Shown here in pieces: positions 24,516 to 36,950 of a stretch of DNA of 64,000 nucleotides. The DNA lies in contig ML996700.1 of NCBI GenBank assembly GCA_010356995.1, positions 124,001 to 188,000 of the forward strand, written 5' to 3'. Source of the stretch: Trichodelitschia bisporula. Taxonomy: Eukaryota. A program made the position numbers and the translations under genes. The first letter of the stretch is position 1. Each line of letters begins with the position of its first letter. The notes beneath the pieces were generated by a model. That model was not told the origin of the DNA, made no database searches, and saw only the letters and a list, made by a program, of their open reading frames with translations.

Positions 24516-26276
24516 ATGTCAGACCTCCAAAGCGTCACCGCGCACCTCCGCGCCGTCCGCGACTCGCCCTCTACCCCGCTTGATGCTCAACAGCTCGAAG
24601 CCGCACGCCTCATTCTTGCACCCACCCTTACACCCGAAGATACTCAAGGTCTCATTCTGGAAATCTACCAGCTCCTACCCACCTTGCAGCAAGATCCAGC
24701 CCCCGCCACTCACCTCCTAGACAAGCTGCTCGAGCCGGTGCCTCTCACCACCATCCTCTCCATGGAACCACCTGTCGACCTCATCAAAGGTCTCGACCTT
24801 GCTGCGATGCCTTTCAACGACATTACACTCCGGCTGCTGGACAAGGCAGATACTGCGTCGGGAAGACAACTGGCGGCCACAATGCCGGAACTCTTCGTTG
24901 CCCTGGTGCGGCTATGGCTGTACGCCGAGGCCGTGAGCACCGGGGACCTGGCCGGCAGGGTGCTCTTGCGCCTGCTGAAGGTGGATAAAATGGACGCCGA
25001 TAAGACTGGATGGGACGGACGGCCGATCTGGAAACGTATTTTCCGTGACAAAGATGTCTATGTACAGATCTTTGCCGCCTGCGACTTGACCAAGGGAGAC
25101 CGGACGCTGAGCAAGAACCGAAAAACCATCGCGCAGGCCCGGCTGCTGTCCTGGCTGCCCGAGGTGGGCGGCATGGACTGGACCTCAATCTCACAGAGCT
25201 ACCATCCAGAGATTGAGAAGCATTTTGGCCTGCAAGAGGGCCGCCAGAGTCTTGTGGATTACGCAGCCTTGAGCATGGTGGACACGAGCGATGTGCTCAT
25301 GCATCGCAGCCTTATTTCCTTCTACTCCAGGTTGCTTCTTTGGGTCACAGCCACGTCGGGACGGCGAACTGTTGCTCTCAGCTTCCTTTCAGATAGGGGC
25401 CTCCACCAGCGGACCATCAACTACTACGCTGAGCCGGGCCATATAACCCATGATCCCCTCGACGCCAGCCTGCTCTACCCCGACGCAGCAGGGTACGTTG
25501 TAAGCTGGGTATCCACTAACTCCCTGGACTTCACCGGCGAATCCTCAACCTACGATCCCATTGTTTCGCGCCTAAACGAAGCCTTCAACAGGCCCCCGTC
25601 AGCCTGGCTCCACGACGACGACCCTGTCGACGACATGCAGGTCCTCACTGCTCTCCCTCGCACTTTCCTCGTGGCACTTGGCTCGCGCTCTCCTCTCAAC
25701 CACATTCCTGTAAAAGTCTCCTCTGCCAACGCCCTCGCCGTACTCGCCGAGATCCTCCGCGGCCCCCTCGAATCCACGGACCTGATCTTCCCCACCCCAT
25801 CAGACGCCGTCATCGCCGATCGCACCGCCGAAATCGACGCCGCCCGCACCTTGTACCGGACCTACACAGCTGAGCATCCACGCTTCTGGAACGATGTAAT
25901 CGGGCACGCTGAGACTGTAGCCTTGACGGACCTTGCTATTGCGGCAAACAATCTCATCAAAGCGATCGTGTCGGCGCCGTGGGACGGTGTGGCGGCTATC
26001 ACGGAGTCGGGGGGTGCGTCGGCGCACCTGGTCCCATACTTGCTGGGCCCGCCACGGCGGTTTGCAAATCTGGTGGGCGGGCGTGGGGATGCGGAGAGCG
26101 CGGCGTACAAGGTTGCTGTCGCCCGGTTTGAGGCGGTGAAGGCGTTTTTGAAGGCGGTGAAGGGGAAGCCGGAGTATAAGATGTTGGAGGAGGCGGCGGC
26201 GAGGAGAGTCGCTGAGGGAGCGTGGGGGGCTGGGGATGCGCCGCCTGGGGGTTTGGTTGCTACGATGGAGATGTAG
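24516..26276 (+). CDS. Helical-repeat hypothetical protein, possibly Hsm3-like proteasome chaperone
   Basis: Intronless ~586-aa Leu-rich ORF, ATG in accATG context; WKRIFRDKDVY and KTIAQARLLSWLP motifs. Family assignment from recall only. Confidence 0.55.
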   Translation: MSDLQSVTAHLRAVRDSPSTPLDAQQLEAARLILAPTLTPEDTQGLILEIYQLLPTLQQDPAPATHLLDKLLEPVPLTTILSMEPPVDLIKGLDLAAMPFNDITLRLLDKADTASGRQLAATMPELFVALVRLWLYAEAVSTGDLAGRVLLRLLKVDKMDADKTGWDGRPIWKRIFRDKDVYVQIFAACDLTKGDRTLSKNRKTIAQARLLSWLPEVGGMDWTSISQSYHPEIEKHFGLQEGRQSLVDYAALSMVDTSDVLMHRSLISFYSRLLLWVTATSGRRTVALSFLSDRGLHQRTINYYAEPGHITHDPLDASLLYPDAAGYVVSWVSTNSLDFTGESSTYDPIVSRLNEAFNRPPSAWLHDDDPVDDMQVLTALPRTFLVALGSRSPLNHIPVKVSSANALAVLAEILRGPLESTDLIFPTPSDAVIADRTAEIDAARTLYRTYTAEHPRFWNDVIGHAETVALTDLAIAANNLIKAIVSAPWDGVAAITESGGASAHLVPYLLGPPRRFANLVGGRGDAESAAYKVAVARFEAVKAFLKAVKGKPEYKMLEEAAARRVAEGAWGAGDAPPGGLVATMEM

Positions 26277-26717
26277 ACGTAAAAGAAGTCCCGGGAGCAT
26301 CAGTACGGGTTCGGAATCCGGTTAATCTGTAGGCTATTCGACGTGGATATATAAACATATCTCAGACCGTAGGACTGCCCACTGGATTCGTTGAGCTCGT
26401 TGATATCGATAGGGTGAACTTGAAACCCGTCTAGACAGAGCGACTAGTTCTGCGCTGGAAGTGGAGAAAGGATGGGACCTTGGGTTATGCAATGGAAAGA
26501 TTGAGAAAGAAGCCGCGGATGGCAGGTAGGAAACGCTTATCGAGACTAAGTTCGACTTGATAGTCGGATGGAAGTTGCGAAAACGTTTTTAAGGTTCACT
26601 TGAACTTGCGAACGACATGCGCATTACTCGTAGACATCAACAGCCGTTATCGTTCATGTTCATGTCCAGCGGTTTGTCGTTCTATCATACAGAAACCACC
26701 CTCCCTCTTCCTGACTC

Positions 26718-26933
26718 TTACTTCGTCTTACTGGTCTTCTCCTCTGACGCCTCAGCCAAAATGTGCTTAGGGTTGGATTCAAGGTTGTCCAGCGCATTCT
26801 TGGACACCTTCTGCGAGTGCTCGGGCGATGGCGCGGCGTTCTGGTCGTTCGGCTTCGCCTGCGGGTCGTTGAGCTGGCCTCCCGACTGGCGGCTGGGGGA
26901 AGGGGACTGGCGGCCAGCGTTTTGATCAGGCAT
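26718..26933 (-). CDS. Small hydrophilic protein (71 aa)
   Basis: acaATG context; NAGRQSP...RQSGGQ and LESNPKH motifs; upstream 5'UTR intron (GTCCGT..CTAAC..CAG). Confidence 0.65.
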   Translation of the reverse strand: MPDQNAGRQSPSPSRQSGGQLNDPQAKPNDQNAAPSPEHSQKVSKNALDNLESNPKHILAEASEEKTSKTK

Positions 26934-27529
26934 TGTGATGCTGCGGGGGTTAGCTGCGAGCTTAGGAGGGGAAACAGCGGGGACGGACTTTATAGGGGTG
27001 GTTGATGGGGTACTTGGTGGTTTGGTGGTTGTGAGGTCTGGGTAGGATTCGGTTGTTTGGTCTGCTTGTCTGCTGTTGGAGGAGAGGTGAGGCTGTTGAT
27101 CCTTTTAACGGTTCTGCTCACCCTTGAGGGGGTGGAGGCATCGACGTCATAGGTACAAGGCCCAACTTGGCAGTGACTGACATCAGATTGATGCCGAACT
27201 TCCCTTGTAAAGCCCGCATTGGAAAATTAGCACTGATTAATGAGCAAGCACATCATTTAGACCGAGCAAAATAACACACAATCGGACCCCTTTCATCCCT
27301 AACCGCCTTATATAATTTCTTTCCTCTTGATTTTCCGCCTCGGTGGCGCATCCCAGCCTTATCACGTGCCTCGCGCCTGAGCGCGTCGCCCCCTTCAGCC
27401 CCTAACCACCACAAGGGCAGGGGCCAGGTGTTCTCAAATCGCATCACCACCACGCGTCTCCGCACCACCGCACTCCGCATCTCTCGTCCTCACTCCACTC
27501 CCTCAATCACACCCACCGCGCACCCCTAA

Positions 27530-28329
<800 letters not shown>

Positions 28330-28510
28330 GGGAGCAAGGGGGACGGTTTGTGCTACGGTCACGGCGTTGAGGGGGCGGATGGGCGATGTCCAGATTTTGT
28401 CCATTTACACATACACTAGCCTAATTCACGCTCAACATAAGAGCGCCCTCGCGAGTCCCATGCTCCATGTCATACATAACGCCTAAACTCCCATCTATGC
28501 AACCACACAA

Positions 28511-29970
28511 TCAAGCCTCTGTGTCTCCATCCGCGTCTCCATCTGCATCTGCCTCAGCGGCCAGGGGGTCCAGCTTCGACACCCACGAGTTGGTCAAACC
28601 CTTGACCGTCTCGTCCGGGTCCGAGATGGTAACCTCCATGAAATCAATCTTACTCTCGTCCCCTTCCCTCTGCTGTGAGCCGCCCATCATTGTATTGGCG
28701 ACCTTGGGGCGAGCGGGACGGATCGTGGTGCGCTGGACAATCGGGTAGATGTACGCCGCCTTCTGCAGCGGCTTCGTGCGCAGGTTCTCCTCCGTCGCCG
28801 GCGCGCCGTCACACATCACCAGCGCCACGCTCTCGTTCCAGCAGTCGTCTGGATCACCGACCTGTTGCGACGTCTCATACTTGCGTAGATGATTGTAGCG
28901 AAAGCTTTGCTTGCCAGTGTCCGGGTTGATGTAGTCGTAGCCGTCCTCATAGTCTCCGTCATTTGGCGCGCCCGGCGTGCCGAACTTGCGCTTAATGGTG
29001 CCCACGGCGTCGCTGCTAGGCAGGTACGCATCGAAGTTGGTCTCCGGACACGGCTTCATCAGCTTCGGGTCTGCCTTGGCGGCGGCAAGTTGCTGCGCGT
29101 ACTTGGTGGCTTGCTCTTGGGTGCGCTCCAAGGGACGCAGGACAGCAACGTCGATACGCGGATCGTAGATCTTGCTGCTGCCGGGGTTGTTGCCAAACCG
29201 GATCACCATATAGTGGCCAACATCTGGAAAGGCCTCGAGATCAGGCAGGATAGGGTAAGCGTCCAGGACTTCCAGCCCCGGGCGCGAGGGGTGCTTCGGC
29301 CGGGCCCACGCGTCCTTCTCTTCATACTGGATCTCTGCGCCGCGGATGCCCTCCTCCGAGTCCTGGCCCGTATAAGCGTCATGGGGATAGGCGACGTTGA
29401 ATCCCTTAGTGATGTTGCGCAGAATAGAGAGCGGATCGTCACGTTGTTCAACCCGGCGGCGTTTGCGCTGCGTGTCGCTGCCACTGCCATTCATCCGCAA
29501 TATGTTGCTGGTGGGCGCGGACCGGGAACTCGCCGCCGAAGTGATGTACTCTGTCCGCCGGAGGAAGCTGACGTTGGCATTCGTAGACAAAGGTTTCCCG
29601 AGGGTGCTGAGTGGGCGCACGAGAGCCCTGTCTTTGGGATCGAGGGGTCCGGATGTTTCCAAGATTGCTATGGCCTGCTTAGCACGCGAATATTGAATCC
29701 GTAAATGCACTTACCAGACTCGTTTCCGTCGAAAACGCCCGGGAGACCGACCAGGTCAATCGGCATGCCCATCTCCGAGTTTGCGACAATGGTGAGCGGC
29801 TGCTCGCGCGCAAGGCGTGATGCATAGCCTGCTGATGTGTACAGTCCGCCTGCAAGCCCGAGACTTGGTATGTCGAGTGTTTTAGGTGGGAGGGCAGGGG
29901 GAGGCACGGCGTTTGAATACCGGACGCGCGCTATGTAGTCCTGATGGACCGGTTTCTGAGCGGACGCCAT
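28511..29970 (-). CDS. PAF1: RNA polymerase II-associated factor Paf1
   Basis: HQDYIARVRYSNAVPPP, MGMPIDLVG, LDPKDRALV, VSFLRRTEYI, KHPS; intron 29668-29714. Confidence 0.9.
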
Positions 29971-30442
29971 GGTGGCGCGGAGGGACAGAGGGTGCGAAAC
30001 GCCTCAAGGTCTGAGGATGCGTAGAAGTGAAAGCAGCTTTGAAGCTGTGGTGAGAAAAATGTTAATGGTGATGAAGGAGAGGTGATGGTGGTGGAGCAAG
30101 TTAGCGAGAGACAAGGCGTCGAAGGAGCTGATGGGGGACCCCGGAAGGCGGTAAAGAGGCTCCGCGTTTCTGCCCCACGAGCACGGGCCACTATCGCGTC
30201 CACCAGAAAAAAGTGACGACAATGACAATTGCGACACAAACACCATTCCGCACTGACCGTCCCATATACGACTTGGCGCCCTTTCAAGACTGAAGACGGG
30301 AACTCTGGCGCGACTATTTCTCCTGTCCCGAGCTTCTTCCCGGGTATGCGCCTTGCTGCATGCGCCCCGCCTCGCCTCCAGCGCACAAGCTACCTGGTCG
30401 CTGTCCCGATTCGCGTCAACCAGCGTCCTTCATAGCAGCACC

Positions 30443-32644
30443 ATGTCCGCCAACACAGAGACTCCAGGCACGGATCGGCCCGAGGCACCGCAGGCCGGAT
30501 CTTTGGACTCCCAGCCGGCAGCTGAACAGATAATCAGACATGAAGACAAGCTCTACACCACCATTAAAGAGGGCCTCGCCTTCATCCTTGCCCCGCCAGA
30601 AGCCCCACTGCTCACTGATCCCAAGACACAACGAGATGGGGCGGCGCCGAAGCAGTCCGTATTCTACAACCCTATCCAACAGTATAACCGGGATCTTACC
30701 GTCCTTGCGATTCGCGGCTTCGGTGAAGAGTTCCTTGCGGCAAAAGAGGCTAAGGGCTCCAGGAAGGGCAACAAGAACAAAGGCAAAAAGGGCCGGTCTG
30801 ATACCAAGGGCAAGGAACAGTCAGGTGAATCTCAAGCTACAGCCAACGGTCGCACTGATGGGCCTCCAGCTACTAAGAGAAAGCGGACAGACGATGGGAG
30901 TGAAGCTGTGGACGAGGTCCAACCCTTAAAGAAAGCCAAGGTTGTAGAGGACAATACAGCTCCTGAAGCGAACGGAGGAGCAGTCAAAGATGTCACTTCC
31001 AAAGGCAGAGACTCCCTTCTTTCGGCATTCGACGAACTAGATGACGAAGACCTGCTTGCTTGCGAAGCCTCCATCCAGGCGACGCAGGCCGGGGCAACTC
31101 AGGCCGAAGCTCAACATAAGCCTCCCGAAGAGCAACAGAAGCCGCCTCAAGAGAAGCCCCAAAATGGGCCCGAGGCCCCCAAAAAGCAGCCTGCTCTTCG
31201 CATCCTCGACGCCCTCTCAGCAACCGGCCTCCGCGCTCTCCGCTATGCCAGCGAGCTTCCGTTCCCCACCATAGTTACCGCCAACGACCTCTCCCCCAAG
31301 GCCGTGGCCACTATAAACCTGAACATCCAGCACAACAAACTATCGAGCCAAATACGCACCACAACGGGCAACGCTAACGCGCACATGTACTCCTTCGCCG
31401 CGCAAGAAGGCGTCGGCGGCCCAGGGCCCAAATACGACGTCATCGACCTCGACCCGTACGGCACGGCTGTCCCCTTCCTGGACGCGGCCCTGCAGGCCCT
31501 CTCCGATGGTGGCCTCCTCTGCGTCACCTGCACCGACTCCGCCGTCTTCAACTCCACAGGCTACCTAGAGAAAACCTACGCCATGTATGGTGGTCTCCCG
31601 ATCAAGGGCGAGCACTACAGCGAAGGCGGCCTGCGCCTCATCCTCCACGCTATCGCCACCTCCGCCGCCAAACTCGGCTGCGCGATCGAGCCCCTCCTCT
31701 CCCTCTCCATCGATTACTACGCCCGCGTCTTTGTGCGCGTGCGCCGCTCCGCCGCTCACGCCAAGTTCCTCGCGAGCAAGACCATGCTCGTGTACACCTG
31801 CGACTCCGGCTGCGGATCCTGGTCCACGCAGCACCTGGCCCGGGCTACGGCCGGAACCGGCACGTCCGGCGGCATGCCGTTCTACAAACACGCGTTTGCG
31901 CAAGGCCCAACCGCCGAGCCGCACTGCGCCCATTGCGGATTCAAGACACACGTCGCGGGGCCCATGTGGGGCGGACCGCTGCACAACCCCTCCTTCGTGT
32001 CGCGACTCCTCGACCTTCTCCCCGTCCTAGACGACGAAACCTACGGCACCAAGACACGCATCGAAGGCATGCTCACCACAGCTTTGGAAGAAACCCGCCT
32101 GCTGAATAGCGAAGTGCTCTTCGCGCCGTACCCACCTTTACCCCGCGAAGGCGCACTTTTCACCCCTATCAGTCCCGCTGCCGCGGACCGGCACCCCTTT
32201 TACTTCATACCGTCTTCGCTGGCGCGCGTACTTAAGACGCAGGCGCCGTCGGGGGAGCAGATGCGCGGCGCGTTGCGGGGCTTGGGGTATACGGCTGTAC
32301 GGAGCCATGCGAAGCCTGGCGCGATCAAAACGGATGCCGGGTGGGGTGCTTTATGGGATGTTATGCGGGCTTGGGTGGCGCAGAAGGCACCGGTGAAGGA
32401 AGGTGCGTTAGGGGAGGGGATGGCGGGGTGGCGGATTATGAATCCTGGAGTTGAGCCAGGACGGAAGGCGAAGGGAGATGAAGGTGATAAAATGGAAGGC
32501 GTAGAGAATGAAGAGAAAGTGGAGGTGGAGGTAAAAGAGATTGTCTTCGACGAGAAGCTGGGCAAGGATCATGATGCGAAGCGCTTGGTGAGGTACCAAC
32601 TCAATCCTCGGGCTAATTGGGGCCCCATGACGAGGGCGAAGTAG
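30443..32644 (+). CDS. TRM1: tRNA (guanine26-N2,N2)-dimethyltransferase
   Basis: VFYNPIQQYNRDL, ILDALSATGLRALRY, DVIDLDPYG, LLCVTCTD, CxxC motifs, GPMWGGPLH, YQLNPRANWGP. First in-frame ATG at 30443; frame open upstream to 30257. Confidence 0.95.
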   Translation: MSANTETPGTDRPEAPQAGSLDSQPAAEQIIRHEDKLYTTIKEGLAFILAPPEAPLLTDPKTQRDGAAPKQSVFYNPIQQYNRDLTVLAIRGFGEEFLAAKEAKGSRKGNKNKGKKGRSDTKGKEQSGESQATANGRTDGPPATKRKRTDDGSEAVDEVQPLKKAKVVEDNTAPEANGGAVKDVTSKGRDSLLSAFDELDDEDLLACEASIQATQAGATQAEAQHKPPEEQQKPPQEKPQNGPEAPKKQPALRILDALSATGLRALRYASELPFPTIVTANDLSPKAVATINLNIQHNKLSSQIRTTTGNANAHMYSFAAQEGVGGPGPKYDVIDLDPYGTAVPFLDAALQALSDGGLLCVTCTDSAVFNSTGYLEKTYAMYGGLPIKGEHYSEGGLRLILHAIATSAAKLGCAIEPLLSLSIDYYARVFVRVRRSAAHAKFLASKTMLVYTCDSGCGSWSTQHLARATAGTGTSGGMPFYKHAFAQGPTAEPHCAHCGFKTHVAGPMWGGPLHNPSFVSRLLDLLPVLDDETYGTKTRIEGMLTTALEETRLLNSEVLFAPYPPLPREGALFTPISPAAADRHPFYFIPSSLARVLKTQAPSGEQMRGALRGLGYTAVRSHAKPGAIKTDAGWGALWDVMRAWVAQKAPVKEGALGEGMAGWRIMNPGVEPGRKAKGDEGDKMEGVENEEKVEVEVKEIVFDEKLGKDHDAKRLVRYQLNPRANWGPMTRAK

Positions 32645-32848
32645 GATCATCACCAGGTCGTTGCGACATTGCACATATAATAATGTCACCATCTCGCACA
32701 CAGCATTGTGGAGTGCAGTCCGATCTTGAAAAAGGCAGCCTCTTGGGCCAGGTATCACATTGCCAAAAAAGTTCTATCAGATCGCCGTCTATGTTATACA
32801 CAACGCTTCATGAGATGGAGCATCTCGGCCAAACAACACAGCCGTTAC

Positions 32849-34513
32849 TCACAGCCTTGCCTTATCCATGTGCCCATACTGGCCCGCAATCAGCTCGGCG
32901 GCACGCTCTCCGACACCAAGCACCGTCAGCATCGGATTGGCCGTCGTCATTACCGGGAAAACTCCCGCATCTGCCACCCGCAACCCCTTCAAACCCCTCA
33001 CCTTGAGTTCATGATCGACGACTGCATTTGCGTCATTTTTTACATCGCCCATACGCGTAGTACCCGCAGGGTGGTAGACAGTATGTGCAGCCTTCCGAGC
33101 GTACTCAGATAGTTCTTCATGTGACTGCACCTGGAGCCCGGGCGCCACCTCACGCTTCAGCCAGGAGCGAAAAGGTTCCTCTTGGGCAACACGCCGAGCT
33201 GCACGAATGCCAGCAACAAGCGTATCAGCATCATAACGGGCCTCATCCGTAAAATAGCGGAAGTCAAGCGCGGGTTTGACGGTCGGGTCTGCGCTCGTGA
33301 GGTAGAGCCGGCCACGGGAGCGAGGGCGCGGGATGTTTGGAGTCATACAGAAGGCGTTGAGGGGTGTATCATAGCCCAGTCTGCCCAGTTAGCTCAGCAG
33401 GCTGATGGAATGAGGTACGTACGGCTTCGTATTCAGACAGAATGGGATCTGATAGCAGTGCAACATGATATCTGCTACTTCGCCGTCGGATCCAGCTGCG
33501 TTGAGAGGCTCCCGGCGCAAGAAGAGGCCGGCATCCGAGTCCATGGTTGTCTGATTGATGGGCACGGGCTGGTTCAACTCCCAGAGGATGATGGTCTCGG
33601 GGTGGTCGAGCAGATTCTCGCCGACGCCAGGGATGTCTTTGACAACTGGGATACCCAGAGCCTCCAGCTGCTCACGCGGCCCGAGTCCCGAATGGAGCAT
33701 GAGACGCGGTGTATCGATGGCGCCGCCGCAGAGTATCGTTTCACACTTGGCCCGGATCGTGCGCTCTTCGCCATTATACAGTGTAAGCGTCACGCCAGTG
33801 GCCCTGTCGCCATCCACATTGACCTTGCCAACCCATGCCTTTGTCAGGATGGTGAGGTTGGGGCGACGCTCCTCCCCGCGCAAAATAGGGTGAATGTAGG
33901 CAACGCTCGCACTGCTGCGCCGGCCGTCGTCGGGGTTATAGGCCACGGAGAAGAAACCGACACCTTCTTTGAACCCTCCTTTCTCGCGAATCTCATGGTT
34001 GAAGTCGTGGATGACGGGGACGTTTAGTGCAGTGGAGCACGCTTTCACCCAGTCACGACACAGTTGATTTCGGTGACGGTAGTGTACGGGCTGTATGGAG
34101 TTGCGGAGATTGTCCAACACGCGCATGAAGGTGTCGAACCCCCATCCCTTACAGCCCATGGCCTCCCACGTGCGACAGTCGTACTCGAAAGGGCGGAATG
34201 AGATAAGGGTATTGTGGCTCGAGCAACCTCCCAGGACTTTGGCACGCGAATGCCGAATGTTTGAGTTTCCCATTGGTTGTTCGGTCGTAGGATAATCGTA
34301 GTCCAGGTCGCCTCCCAGCAGCTTAAGCCAGTCCTTGAGGAGAAGCACGCGATCGTCCATGAAATCGCTGGGACCGGCTTCGATCATGAGAATCGTTTTA
34401 TTCGGGAGATATTCGGCCAGCCTGCTGGCGACGACACAGCCGGCCGTGCCGCCACCGACAATGACGAAGTCATAGTCGCAGACTTGAATTTCTTCGATAT
34501 GCGTAGTCGTCAT
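32849..34513 (-). CDS. codA: Choline oxidase (GMC oxidoreductase)
   Basis: DFVIVGGGTAG FAD motif, RAKVLGGCSSHN, GENLLDHPE, TVYHPAGT, LRVADAGVFP, ANPMLTV; intron 33381-33422; divergent from BADH. Confidence 0.88.
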
Positions 34514-35404
34514 GTTGAATTTAAACTGAGGGTTAGGTGTTGATCTCACACGGGAGGATGCCAGATGGTCAGATCATTTGTAGCTGCATATTGGGCGCTT
34601 CCTTAGGGTCCGAGATTTGAAAGGCTCAAGCTGGACAAGAAAATTCGGCAAATATTACCTGGTGAGCGGTACTATTCCTGCTGGAAAATGGGAACACTTG
34701 ACGCACCGGTGCCGGGGCTTCAATGCTTAATCGAGGTGGAAAACCAGGGGCACCTTTGGCCTTGAGCCTTGTCACCCCATGTATTGGATGGAAAGCCGAT
34801 AGCGATTGGCGGGAACTGCTGCACCGAAGGCGTCTAGAAGCTGAGATAAGCCGCCTCATCCACCCATTGCTCGCAGCTTTGCCGTTCCTGGTGATGGGAC
34901 CCGATCCCAGTGCCACAGAAGACGGAGTGGGGTAGGGTAACTGCAGCAGCTGATATCCGATTCGACAACGGTGGAAGATCCCGTGTGACGGCGGCGACCT
35001 GAAGAGATTTCAGTTAACTTGCCCCACGGCTGCAGGTAGAATCTGGTAAGGAAGCTGATAAGAAGGTGGAAGCAAAAAGACAGAGGAGAAGGAAAGAAGA
35101 AGACGAAAAGGACACGAAGACAAGTCATTATTCAACCATTACATCATCCAGTCCAAGGCCGAAAAGGGAAGATAAGGCACGATCCTTCACATCGACGCCA
35201 ACACTGGCGCCGCCCGGCCCCAAAGACCCGGCCGTGAAGCCAGTCTCCACTCTGACGTCAAAGGGCTCGATCGGAGATTTGATGCGTGGGGCCATTCCTT
35301 CCTGGGTCTCCAGTTCTTATTTCGGCCTGAAGGTGACTCTTATGAGTGGGAGATCAACGTCGTAACTTTCGACAACCGTCAACACGCACGAGATCATCGC
35401 CATC

Positions 35405-36950
35405 ATGGTGCTCTACTCTCCCCAACAGCTCTACTACGATGGTCGGCATCAGGACGCTGCGGTTCCCAATTACTTCCCTGTAACCAATCCCTCAAATGCC
35501 ACTGATCTCGTCATCGTCCACTCTGCCTCCCGTGCCGACATTGACGCTGCAATCAAGTCGGCGCAAAACGCATTCCCGCTCTGGTCGCGAACGCCGCCCG
35601 TCCAGCGTGCCCGAATCCTTCTACGCGCGGCAGAGCTGCTGCGCGAACGTAACGAGTCCTTTGCCCGGGTTGAGACACATGATACGGGGAAGCCATTTTC
35701 GGAAACCAGTACCGTCGACGTCCTTAGCGGCGCCGATGTGTTGGAGTACTATGCCGGACTCGTGGCAAGCGGCGGTCTTAATGGCGAAACGGCGAGGTTG
35801 AGAGACGATGCCTGGGTGTATACCACCAAGGAGGCGCTGGGTGTCTGCGTAGGGATTGGGGCGTGGAATTATCCAATTCAGATGTATGTCCCTGGATATG
35901 GGAAGGCTCGCTGCGGGATATCTGACGCAGATAAGTGCCTTGTGGAAATCGGCACCATGCCTCGCTGCTGGTAACACCATGGTCTACAAACCGAGCGAGT
36001 ACACGCCACTGCACGGCCACCTCCTCGCCTCGCTGTATACAGAGGCCGGAATGCCGCCGGGAGTCTTCAACGTTGTCCATGGTGCCGGTGACGTTGGCGC
36101 ATACCTCACCTCGCACCCGACCGTTGCCAAAGTCAGCTTTACTGGTCAAGTCAGCACTGGCCAAAAGGTTGCAGCCTCGGCAGCTGGACGCCTGAAATAC
36201 GTCACCATGGAGCTGGGCGGCAAGAGTCCCCTTATCGTGCTCCCTGACGCCGGTGTCGAGGACGCGGTCAACGGAGCCATGATGGCCAACTTTTACAGCA
36301 CCGGGCAAGTGTGCACCAACGGTACGCGCGTATTCGTGCCCGAAGACATGAAGGTCGAGTTTCAGCGCGTACTGCTGGAGAAGCTGCGATATGTGCGGAT
36401 GGGAGATCTTATGGACCCCAATACCAACTTTGGTCCGCTGGTGTCCAAGGTTCACTATGATAAGGTAATGGGTTACATCAAGCACGGCATTGAGGTTGAC
36501 GGTGCTACCTTGCTGTACGGCGGCCTTGACAAGCCCTCCGTTCTCAAAGACATGAAGAACGGGTTCTGGATCCAACCTACTGTCTTCACCGACTGCTCAG
36601 ACGAGATGAAGATAGTCAAAGAAGAGATCTTTGGCCCTGTCATGTCCATCTTGACATACAAGACTATCGACGAGGTTGTCGAGCGAGCGAACAACACCCC
36701 CATGGGGCTAGCCGCGGGAGTGTTTACTCGGGATATCAACCAGGCACATGCAGTGACAGCGAAGTTGCAGGCTGGCATCACGTGGATCAACACATGGGGC
36801 GAGAGCCCGGCCGAGATGTCGGTTGGAGGATGGAAGATGAGTGGAATGGGGGTCGAGAACGGACGGCGAGGACTCGAAGCATGGGTCCGGAACAAGAGCA
36901 CACTGGTCGAGAATGGCGGTTCCGTGGCCAGCGTGTTCTGTAAGCTGTAG
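35405..36950 (+). CDS. badA: Betaine aldehyde dehydrogenase
   Basis: [25 protein letters not shown] (catalytic Glu), [13 protein letters not shown] (catalytic Cys), EEIFGPV; intron 35884-35935 with AAG acceptor; adjacent to choline oxidase. Confidence 0.88.

Noticed and set aside
26300..26325. GGGTTCGGAATCC resembling a tRNA T-loop
   Set aside because: Extra base in the loop, and no acceptor stem or D-arm.
28889..29704. Long antisense ORFs (also 1175-1957, 27526-28404, 33182-34027, 35778-36575, 57778-58479)
   Set aside because: Shadows of GC3-rich genes on the opposite strand, with no independent motifs.
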